Of a stretch of 64,000 nt of DNA, positions 20,989 to 28,544 are shown piece after piece; positions within the stretch are counted from its first letter, which is position 1, and every line of letters begins with the position of its first letter. Source of the stretch: Candidatus Latescibacterota bacterium (lineage in GTDB: Bacteria > Latescibacterota > UBA2968 > UBA8231); NCBI GenBank assembly GCA_965215195.1, contig CBDCDC010000002.1, positions 800,001 through 864,000 of the forward strand, read 5' to 3'. The notes beneath the pieces are model-generated. The model ran no database searches, was not told where the DNA came from, and saw only the letters and a list, made by a program, of their open reading frames with translations. The translations under genes were made by a program, and so were the position numbers.

Positions 20989-21118
20989 AGAGGCGGTCTG
21001 AAAACTCGCGTCGGGCCGGGCCGTTAGGGCCTAGGAGGGAGGGCGTCTCGCCCTCCACCATGCGAGGGCAAGATGCTCTCGCACCCAAGCTATGGGCCGC
21101 AGTTTTCAGAACGCTTCT
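20989..21118 (-). promoter_or_regulatory. Multi-hairpin structured leader, copy B
   Basis: Same hairpins as copy A; the closing stem is re-formed with different sequence (TCTGAAAACT/AGTTTTCAGA). Confidence 0.6.
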
Positions 21119-21141
21119 AAGGCAGTTTCAGCGTGGATGCA

Positions 21142-21456
21142 CTAACACCGGGGCGGGCCGCGGTTGAGATGGGTAAAGCGAGGGGTGAAAAGAGGCAGGG
21201 GTACTGTGCGCGGGGCGGACGGGCCTAGCTCGGGGGCGTTTAGTGCCACGAGCACGAGCGGCAGGCCCCAAAAAAGGAGCGATAGGCCGCTCTGCAACAA
21301 GTAAGCCGGGCAATTCTCCGGCTCAACGAGGCTCTCGTGGAAAAGCTGGTGGCCGAAGGGCAAGCCGCATAAGACAGCCGCCAAGAGCGCGGTCAGCACC
21401 AGCAGGCTTAGCGAGTGCGCCGAATGCGTCGAGAGGTCCGTTTTGCGCGTTAGCAT
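21142..21456 (-). CDS. DUF2946/CruR-like RGPP protein, copy B (three putative metal ligands lost)
   Basis: GHQLFHESL---ENCPAY; identical FTPRFTHLNRGPPRC tail. Confidence 0.72.
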   Translation of the reverse strand: MLTRKTDLSTHSAHSLSLLVLTALLAAVLCGLPFGHQLFHESLVEPENCPAYLLQSGLSLLFWGLPLVLVALNAPELGPSAPRTVPLPLFTPRFTHLNRGPPRC

Positions 21457-21559
21457 GACCTTTGATTTTAGTGGTCCGGCAGCAAAAACGCAACTTCAAC
21501 TCCAGCGGCCACCCTGATCGAGGCTTGCCCTTTCTAGGAGATGTTTCCTTCTTATCACA

Positions 21560-22795
21560 ATGACCTTTGAATTTCTTGGGATATTGACCCGTTTTTTCGC
21601 CTTCCTCTGGTCATCCTTCCTGTTGTTAGCACCCATGCTTCTGCTGGGGCTGTTCCTTTCCGGCCTGATCCACGTATTCATCTCCCGCCAAGCCATACTC
21701 CGCTGGCTCCGCGACGACAGTCTGAAGTCCGTAACCACGAGCTCGGCCATTGGCGTACCCGTGCCCCTGTGCAGTTGCTCGGTCGTGCCGGTAGTCGCTG
21801 AGATGCGCAATAAGGGCGCGTCCCGTGCGTCCTGCATGTCTTTCTTGATCACCGCGCCGGAGACGGGTGCGGACTCGATCTTAGTCACTAATGCCTTTTT
21901 CGGACCCATCGTTGCCATTGTGCGGCCCGTCATCAGCTTTATCACCGCGGTCGTCGCCGGGGTCTTTTGCATTGGCCTCATAAGAGACGACCGCGACGAA
22001 GCCAAGGCGAGCGACCCCAACCAGTGCCACAACTGTGCCCACGACCACGGCTGGCACCAATCTCTCGTAGCCGACAGGGATGATTGCTACGTCAGCCCCG
22101 CTCAACTCAAGGTATTACTGGTCAACTGGATTGCTCGCAGACGATCCACCGGCGATGTACCCACAGACGCTCAGGGTTTGGATTTCGAGAAGCTGGTCAA
22201 GCACGTCTTGCGCTATGGCTTCGTCGAGATAGCCGACGACATTCTCTTTGCGCTGCTGGTGGGCGTCGCGCTGGGCGGGGTGCTCTTTCTGGCCATTCCG
22301 AGCGATTTGATGGCGCACGAGTATGCCCGCTATCTGTCCTATCCGGTCATGGTGCTGATCGGCATTCCCCTCTACATCTGCGCATCCGCCAGCACCCCGA
22401 TCGCCGCCGCACTCGTTGCCAAGGGAGTCAGCCCGGGTGCGGCCCTGATCTTTCTGATGACCGGACCGGCCACCAACACGGGCACCATCGCGATCATCGT
22501 CAGCCAGTTCGGCTCCCGCTTCGCATCCATCTACGTCGCCGCAGTCATCGCGGTTACGCTCGTCCTCGGCATCGCGATCGACGCGCTGCTGCTGGCCGCT
22601 GGGCTGACGATTTCCGCGGACCTCAACGCCTCCCATGCGCCGGCCATTCAGTTCCTGCAATGGGGCAGCGCTTTTGCCCTCATCGCCCTGATCGTCTGGC
22701 GGTTCCGGGCCGGTGCCCTGCGCAGCGGGTACGAGGATATGCTGCTCAATATCCGTCCCGGGTCCAGCACCAGCGACCGGTGTGGGGACACCTGA
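21560..22795 (+). CDS. Metal permease (ArsP_1/SO_0444-like), copy 2
   Basis: Highly similar to 15339-16574 with the same motifs. Confidence 0.9.
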   Translation: MTFEFLGILTRFFAFLWSSFLLLAPMLLLGLFLSGLIHVFISRQAILRWLRDDSLKSVTTSSAIGVPVPLCSCSVVPVVAEMRNKGASRASCMSFLITAPETGADSILVTNAFFGPIVAIVRPVISFITAVVAGVFCIGLIRDDRDEAKASDPNQCHNCAHDHGWHQSLVADRDDCYVSPAQLKVLLVNWIARRRSTGDVPTDAQGLDFEKLVKHVLRYGFVEIADDILFALLVGVALGGVLFLAIPSDLMAHEYARYLSYPVMVLIGIPLYICASASTPIAAALVAKGVSPGAALIFLMTGPATNTGTIAIIVSQFGSRFASIYVAAVIAVTLVLGIAIDALLLAAGLTISADLNASHAPAIQFLQWGSAFALIALIVWRFRAGALRSGYEDMLLNIRPGSSTSDRCGDT

Positions 22796-22998
22796 GCGGC
22801 AGTCGTTTCTTGCGGGCATCCTCTTCCCACCGCGCTAATGGACCTGCCGCAGGTATTCGCCTTTAGGCGTCAGCAGGGTGGTGCCGGCGAGCACCTTGGG
22901 CACTTGATTCATTATCTCCTCACGACTCTGTTTGACGACAGCGTACCCTTTTCGTTGAAGGGAACTGCGCTCGCAGATAGTTTCCGGTCCTAGCCATC

Positions 22999-23832
22999 AT
23001 GGACTCAAATTCTCTACTGATCTTGTTGGCCTACTCAGCCGCCATCTTTGCCGCTTCCTTGCTCGGCGGGAAACTGTCGGCCTTGGGCACCATGACGCAT
23101 ACGCGCACCCAAGTCGTGATGAGTCTGGTGGCCGGCTTCATCCTCGGCATCGCCATGTTTCACATGCTACCCCACAGCCTCGAGCGCATTCCCGGGCCTG
23201 ACGTGGTAGAAAAAGCCGTGGGCTGGATGGTGTGCGGCATGGTCCTGATGATTTTTTTGCTACGCATCTTTCACTTTCATCAGCACGACTTCAGCCGCGA
23301 GGCGAGCGATCTGTACGATCGGCACGGCCACGGTGGCGTCCATGCGCGGAGTTTGTTCGGCGTTGCCCTCGGCCTAGGGGTGCATACCGCGACCGAAGGG
23401 ATCGCGCTGGGAACCAGCATGAGGTTGGGGCCGCCGCACGAAAGCGATGCCGCGTTGGCGGGCCTAGGGGTATTCCTCGCCATTGTGCTGCACAAGCCGC
23501 TAGACGCGTACTCCATTATCGGCATGATGCAGTCGGCCGGTCACAGCCGGCGCGCCCGCACGGCGGTCAATGTCGGATTTGCCATGCTGGGCCCTGTGGT
23601 GGCACTGGCGAGTTTCTGGGGCGTGGGATTGCTCGGCCCGCAAGAAGGGGCGGTGGTCGGCTACGCGCTGGCCTTTGCAGCGGGTGCGTTCCTGTGCATT
23701 GCCTTGAGCGACCTGCTGCCGGAGATCCATTTCCACAGCCACGATCGCGGCAAGCTCATCGCATCCCTCCTCGTGGGAATCGGTCTGGCCTATGCCCTGT
23801 GCGTTGAATCCAGCACCATCCATGGGCATTAG
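22999..23832 (+). CDS. ZIP-family metal transporter, copy 2
   Basis: Highly similar to 12066-12863 with the same ZIP motifs. Confidence 0.9.
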   Translation: MDSNSLLILLAYSAAIFAASLLGGKLSALGTMTHTRTQVVMSLVAGFILGIAMFHMLPHSLERIPGPDVVEKAVGWMVCGMVLMIFLLRIFHFHQHDFSREASDLYDRHGHGGVHARSLFGVALGLGVHTATEGIALGTSMRLGPPHESDAALAGLGVFLAIVLHKPLDAYSIIGMMQSAGHSRRARTAVNVGFAMLGPVVALASFWGVGLLGPQEGAVVGYALAFAAGAFLCIALSDLLPEIHFHSHDRGKLIASLLVGIGLAYALCVESSTIHGH

Positions 23833-23972
23833 TCCGGCCGCGAGCGTAGCCGCACTTGGACCGCAGTACATCTTTTATAGCTAGGGCCAGCGACGGCGGG
23901 AGCCGCACCGGCGATCAGTATCTTAGTTGTCGCCGATAAGTGAATGGCGGTTAGCCCGGCAGCGATCAAAAG

Positions 23973-24983
23973 CTATATCGCTATCTTCTGCCCCTTCTTC
24001 ACCGACTCAATTTCCTTCAAACACAATAGCAGGGAGTTCCGCGCGCTCTGACCGCCCAGCTCCTGCGATGCCCGGCCGTGCGCGATCGCATCCACCGCTT
24101 CCTGCAGCTCGCCGACGAAGCCGTCCTCGCCCGGCAGGGGCGGAGTGCAGACCTCGCCATCCTTGGTCAATAGTTGCGGCGGCTGGCCCCAAGACGAGTT
24201 GTACTTGAGCGTGGCCTCCTCAAAGTACACGTCGTAGCCGTGCTCAAAGGGACAGCCCTGTTGCGCCAACCAGCCGCCTTCGGCACTGATGGCCATTGGG
24301 CCGTCGTACTGGTAGTGGGTGTTGATGTACTCGACCGTCTCGCCCCGGCCCATGTACCCTTGCGCGCTGACTGCGGTGGGCATCCCAAACAAAAACTGCA
24401 CGAAGTCCGCGTCGTGGATGTGCAGGTCGATCGCTGGGCCGCCAGTCCGCTGCAAGTCTTCTGGGGCCCACCACGCCGGGCGCGAGATAATCCGCTTGAA
24501 GTGGGCGGCGAGCACCGGGCCGTGTTCTCCGCTGGCGACGCGCTCTTTGATCAGCCGGAATTCTGGAAAGTAGCGCAGGACGTGGGCAACCATAAACTGC
24601 CGCTGGTGTTCCTCGGCCGCCGCCACGATCCGGTCGGCATCGTCCAAGGCTAGTGCAATGGGCTTTTCCACGAGCACGTGCTTGCCGGCAGTTAGCGCAC
24701 GGATGCTGGCCTCAACGTGCATGGTCGTCGGCAGGCAGATATCCACCAAGTCGATCTCCGGGTCGGCGCACAGCTCGTCCAGCGTTTCGCAGCAGCGTAT
24801 GCCCGACAAGTCCTGCACCCCGCCGCTGTCGCCGAAATTGCCCTGAATAGTGCGCCAATCCCCGGCGCGCTTTTTGGGGTCGCGGGAGACGATGGCCGCG
24901 ACTTGGCCCCCTTTGACTTGGGCCATCGCCTTGTAGTGGGTCATGCCCATAAAGCCGATTCCAACAATGCCGATGTTGACCAT
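23973..24983 (-). CDS. Gfo/Idh/MocA oxidoreductase
   Basis: GIVGIGFMG, HVLVEKP, DLHIHD. Confidence 0.92.
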   Translation of the reverse strand: MVNIGIVGIGFMGMTHYKAMAQVKGGQVAAIVSRDPKKRAGDWRTIQGNFGDSGGVQDLSGIRCCETLDELCADPEIDLVDICLPTTMHVEASIRALTAGKHVLVEKPIALALDDADRIVAAAEEHQRQFMVAHVLRYFPEFRLIKERVASGEHGPVLAAHFKRIISRPAWWAPEDLQRTGGPAIDLHIHDADFVQFLFGMPTAVSAQGYMGRGETVEYINTHYQYDGPMAISAEGGWLAQQGCPFEHGYDVYFEEATLKYNSSWGQPPQLLTKDGEVCTPPLPGEDGFVGELQEAVDAIAHGRASQELGGQSARNSLLLCLKEIESVKKGQKIAI

Positions 24984-25014
24984 TATTTTCTCCTCCTCCT
25001 TGTGTGGAACCGCT

Positions 25015-25044
25015 AGAATAGGCCCCGCGCCCGACTGCTGTCAA
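25015..25044 (-). promoter_or_regulatory. Sigma-70-type promoter for the Gfo gene
   Basis: TTGACA-N18-TATTCT on the minus strand, just upstream of the GGAGGAG RBS. Confidence 0.55.
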
Positions 25045-25095
25045 GCCAATTGCACAGCGCGGCAAGCACGTGGCTAGCGCAAGGGCCGACGAGGT

Positions 25096-25257
25096 CTAGA
25101 CCAGACGGTCGCGAACTTCGACAGCATTGGCCGGTGGACCGGAGTTGCGCTCTGCGTCTGTTTCAAATGCGCCCTCTTTCGGAGGCGAGTCAACCAACTT
25201 GAAACATCGCGATTATAGAACGTGGTTGTATAGGTGAAACAGGCACTCCTGCCCTAG
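25096..25257 (-). ncRNA. Rod-shaped ncRNA candidate, possibly 6S RNA
   Basis: ~160-nt nested stems around a central bubble; several G-U pairs form only on the minus strand. Confidence 0.4.
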
Positions 25258-25293
25258 AAAAAGTAGCTGTCAAGCCTTCATAATTACGAGGAT

Positions 25294-25320
25294 AAAAGTG
25301 CGAATTCCGAGCACTTTTTT
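25294..25320. terminator. Terminator-like hairpin
   Basis: AAAAGTGC-N9-GCACTTTTTT. Confidence 0.55.
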
Positions 25321-25446
25321 AGCTCACCCGCCAGATTCCACTAACCGCTAAGTCGTCCTTTTGGCGATCATCCGCAGGACTGTTATACTATCTCACATGC
25401 CGGATGCTTGCCGGTGCGTCTCCATACGCCAACGAGGAACCATCCC

Positions 25447-26583
25447 ATGCCCGCTGAAACCTACGGCATGCTGCTGGTCAGCTTCAGCAAGCACAGCCAC
25501 CAACAGCACTTCGTCCCCCTGTACCAAGCCCATCCCCGCCTGCGCATCATCGGCGTGGCCGACTACCCCGACCTTGACCCGGACTTGCGCCGCTACAACC
25601 AGCAATGGGCCAGCCAACTCAACGTGCCCTACTCAGAGGACCTCAACGCGTCCATTGACGACCCGGCCGTCGATATTGTCAGCGTCGGCTGCGAGATCGA
25701 GCGGCGGTCCGCGCTCATCGTCCGTGCGGCCAAGGCCGGCAAGCACCTGTGGATCGACAAGTTTCCCGGGGCCACCCTCGCCGAGGCCGAGGCGTCGGCA
25801 GTCGCGGTTGAGCGCACCGGCGTCCAGGCGATCATCCCCGGCTACGCCTACGGCACCCTCGCCCAGCACACCCGCCGCGTCCTCGCCAGCGGCGACTTGG
25901 GCACCCTGCTCGGCGTCCACGTCGATGTGATGTTCGGCAAGGGCTGGCCGCGTCTCATAACCCAACGCCGTGCCTTTGTTGCACCCAACGGCCAGTGGAA
26001 ATACCCGGATATCAAAAGGGAGTTGCTGACGGTGGGCGCGTACGCGGTCGGCCTAATCCAAGAATGCCTCGGTCCCATCGGCTGCGTCGTCGGCCACGCC
26101 GGGGCCTTCTTCTTTCCCGAACACGCGGCCCACGGCTGCGACGATTTTGGCACCCTAACTCTGACCGACGCCGACGGCCGGGTGGCCACCTTGTGCGGCG
26201 GGCGCATTGGCGCGGCCTCCCATCCCCAAGGCGGGCCAGCGCGGGCGTACCTAATCGGCACCCGCCAGAGCGCCACCATCGACGGCAAAAGGCCAGCGCT
26301 GGACGCCTATCTGCGCGACTACAGCACCAGTTACGACTATCGGCCCAACCCCCAAGATCCCATGCAGTGGCACGGAGGGCCGCCCGTCCCAACCGCTTCC
26401 CTATCCGAGGATACAGCGGGCCTAGCAGCCGGGCTCGACGATTTGGTCGCCGCCATCGACGACGACCGACCGCCCCGCTATGGTGTGCGCCAAGCGCGGG
26501 ATTTGATGGAAATCATCCTCGCCGGTTACCGCGCTGTCGAGTGCAACGCGGCCATTGGCCTGCCGCTGGAGCAAGAACTATGA
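25447..26583 (+). CDS. Gfo/Idh/MocA oxidoreductase (divergent)
   Basis: 'DPAVDIVSV', 'AAKAGKHLWIDKFP' and an N-terminal Rossmann-like region. Confidence 0.8.
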   Translation: MPAETYGMLLVSFSKHSHQQHFVPLYQAHPRLRIIGVADYPDLDPDLRRYNQQWASQLNVPYSEDLNASIDDPAVDIVSVGCEIERRSALIVRAAKAGKHLWIDKFPGATLAEAEASAVAVERTGVQAIIPGYAYGTLAQHTRRVLASGDLGTLLGVHVDVMFGKGWPRLITQRRAFVAPNGQWKYPDIKRELLTVGAYAVGLIQECLGPIGCVVGHAGAFFFPEHAAHGCDDFGTLTLTDADGRVATLCGGRIGAASHPQGGPARAYLIGTRQSATIDGKRPALDAYLRDYSTSYDYRPNPQDPMQWHGGPPVPTASLSEDTAGLAAGLDDLVAAIDDDRPPRYGVRQARDLMEIILAGYRAVECNAAIGLPLEQEL

Positions 26584-27416
26584 CCATCGCCCTCAGTGCC
26601 CATCCCACTCTCTCCCCACTCGTCGGCCAACTCGCCGCCGCCCTGCCAATCAAGGGCCTGTACTATCCAGCGCGTCGGCACTCCGGCATCGACCTGCCCT
26701 TTTTCAGCGACTTGCCGGCCATGCTCCAAGCAACCAGCCCCGGCGTCTGCGCCTTCCTCTCGCCTTATGCAGCCCTCTGCGACGACGTCCGCACCTGTCT
26801 CCAAGCCGGCGTGGCCGTCCTCTGCGCCGGGCCCGTACCCAAGGCCGACCTGCCCATCGCCAGCGGCGGTATCCATCGCGGGTCGCCCCTGTTTGCCAAG
26901 GCGCTCCAGCAGCGGCGCGATCCTTCGTTTGCCGAGCCGGTCTATTTGCGCCTCGTGGCCGGCGTCCAAGAGCCGGGATTGTTGCCGGCGTGGTGGGCCG
27001 CCTGTGGCCAGCTGGCCTTTGCCAGCGACCTGCTGGGCGAAACCCCTGCCGAGGTGCATGTTTGCGCCAACCGCCACGGTCGCGCCTACCAAGTCGTGCT
27101 GACCGCCGCGGCTCCCAGCGGCGCGGCACTCCAGTTAGTCGTCGCGCCCCAGCCGGCGCTCGCCGAACTGACCTTGCTGGGCCGGGGCGGCGCGATCTCG
27201 GCCAGCGCCGCGCACAGCGGGATCGCCTTGGCCAGCGCCAAGGGAACCCACGTCGTGCCGGACGCGACAGCCCCCCCGGCCGAACTGGCGTGGTTGCGCG
27301 ATTTTTGCGAAAAAAAGAACCCGCCCAGCGAGCACTCAGGCGATTGCGGCCAAGCCCTGCTCGGCGGCCTGCGGCGGGCGCTGAGGACGCGACAGCCGGT
27401 TTTGGTTTATCTCTAA
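26580..27416 (+). CDS. Hypothetical protein, degenerate Gfo/Idh/MocA-like
   Basis: ATGA-coupled to the upstream gene; 'CLQAGVAVLCAGP' echoes the 'AGKHVLCEKP' motif. Confidence 0.55.
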   Translation: MTIALSAHPTLSPLVGQLAAALPIKGLYYPARRHSGIDLPFFSDLPAMLQATSPGVCAFLSPYAALCDDVRTCLQAGVAVLCAGPVPKADLPIASGGIHRGSPLFAKALQQRRDPSFAEPVYLRLVAGVQEPGLLPAWWAACGQLAFASDLLGETPAEVHVCANRHGRAYQVVLTAAAPSGAALQLVVAPQPALAELTLLGRGGAISASAAHSGIALASAKGTHVVPDATAPPAELAWLRDFCEKKNPPSEHSGDCGQALLGGLRRALRTRQPVLVYL

Positions 27417-27607
27417 GCAGAGGGACTCCGTCAACAAGCGCCCAGCCCGCTTCTTTTATCTGCTCGTACCGGCACATCCAGTTTGGCCTCGGCTCGCGTC
27501 GCGCCCAAGGGCGTCTCTTGACAAAATCTTTCCGTCTTGCCAGTCTCAAACATATGGGAACCACAGATGGTCCCCTTAACTGGTTTAAAAAAAAAGGCGC
27601 GAGAGAT

Positions 27608-28303
27608 ATGAAAACCTTTAGTGATGAAGACCTAATTGACCTATTCAATCGGCAATTACCCGACCTGCTGGACCGCCGCCCAGAACTGGAGCCGCTGATT
27701 TACCAAGGCTTCTTGGGCGCGTTTGCCCGCCGCGAAGAGGTAGCCATGGTGCTGAAGGAGTTGCGGGCATTGCGGACTGAGATGGACCAACGCTTTGAGC
27801 AAGTCGATCAACGCTTTGAGCAAGTCGATCAACGCTTTGAGCAAATCGATCAACGCTTTGAGCAAGTCGATCAACGCTTTGAGCAAGTGGAGGCGCGTAT
27901 AGATGCGTTTCGCGAGGAAGTGAACCAGCGCTTTGATGAAGTCTTTCAGGCCATCGATCGGCTGGGGGGGCGCTGGGGCATCCGCAACGAGAGCGTGTTC
28001 CGGCGCACCATGGCCGCCCTGTTGGAGGAATCCTTTGGGGCCGCGGTCGAAGAGCGCGTCATCGAGGGCGAACAATTCGACGTGGTCATTGTCGCGCCCG
28101 ATCAGCACATCCTCGTCGAAATCGCCGCCAGCGTGGGGGCCTCAATCCAAGAGCGGCTGGAGCGCAAGCGTCGGCTGTACACCGAGGCCACCGGGGTGGC
28201 CCCGGCGCGGGTCCTGCTCGCCACGGCGGATATCTATAGCTATCGGGCGCAAGCCCTGCGCGAGGCGGGCATTGAGGTCATTGAACCCGCAGAAGGAACC
28301 TAA
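27608..28303 (+). CDS. Heptad-repeat coiled-coil protein with PD-(D/E)XK-like C-terminus (DUF3782-like)
   Basis: QVDQRFE repeats, 'LGGRWGIRNE--FR', 'FDVVI...LVEIAASV'. Confidence 0.8.
   Translation: MKTFSDEDLIDLFNRQLPDLLDRRPELEPLIYQGFLGAFARREEVAMVLKELRALRTEMDQRFEQVDQRFEQVDQRFEQIDQRFEQVDQRFEQVEARIDAFREEVNQRFDEVFQAIDRLGGRWGIRNESVFRRTMAALLEESFGAAVEERVIEGEQFDVVIVAPDQHILVEIAASVGASIQERLERKRRLYTEATGVAPARVLLATADIYSYRAQALREAGIEVIEPAEGT
27788..27888 (+). repeat. 21-bp coding tandem repeat CAACGCTTTGAGCAAGTCGAT, about 5 copies
   Basis: Read directly from the sequence. Confidence 0.95.
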
Positions 28304-28314
28304 GCCGAGTTGGC

Positions 28315-28348
28315 AAAACCCGTCGGGCTCTGTTGCTCGGCGGGTTTT
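28315..28348. terminator. Terminator hairpin between convergent genes
   Basis: AAAACCCGTCGGGC-N6-GCTCGGCGGGTTTT. Confidence 0.75.
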
Positions 28349-28544
28349 ATGCCCGTCGCCTTCGATAATATCTATGGACAGTTCCGCAATTTTCGCCGCC
28401 AAATAGTCTATGCGCTCGACGACAACCTTGTCCTCGTGGCGACGGCAAGCCGCTTTTCGTTAAAGGCCATTGCGCCTAGTTGTAAAGGGAGGTCGCTTTG
28501 TCCGCATCGGCAGTATCGCTACGGACGCTCCTCTCCTCCTAATT

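Larger units (their letters stand above)
18720..21532 (-). repeat. Imperfect tandem duplication: ~18720-20132 and ~20160-21532 (RGPP ORF, leader, lipoprotein, start of the receptor gene)
   Basis: Long near-identical stretches alignable by eye, including non-coding segments such as GGCTATCCAATTGACCTTGACATAA. Confidence 0.93.

Noticed and set aside
21457-21559. Zur/Fur box in the divergent promoter region
   Set aside because: No convincing palindrome. The shared AAAAACGCAACTTCAAC stretch may only reflect the duplication.
22835-22912. 25-aa minus-strand ORF with AGGAG RBS (MNQVPKVLAG...)
   Set aside because: Too short, with no recognisable motif. It may be a gene remnant but cannot be supported.
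25085-25320. tmRNA, SRP RNA, RNase P RNA or c-di-GMP riboswitch
   Set aside because: No tag frame or T-arm/CCA end, no SRP GGAA loop context, no GAGGAAAGUCC and no GEMM consensus.
26555-27607. N-terminal extension of the heptad-repeat protein (582-aa track ORF)
   Set aside because: Low-complexity shadow translation overlapping another CDS. The real start is most likely 27608.
27788-27888. CRISPR array
   Set aside because: The 21-bp units are contiguous with no spacers, lie in frame within a CDS, and no cas genes are present.
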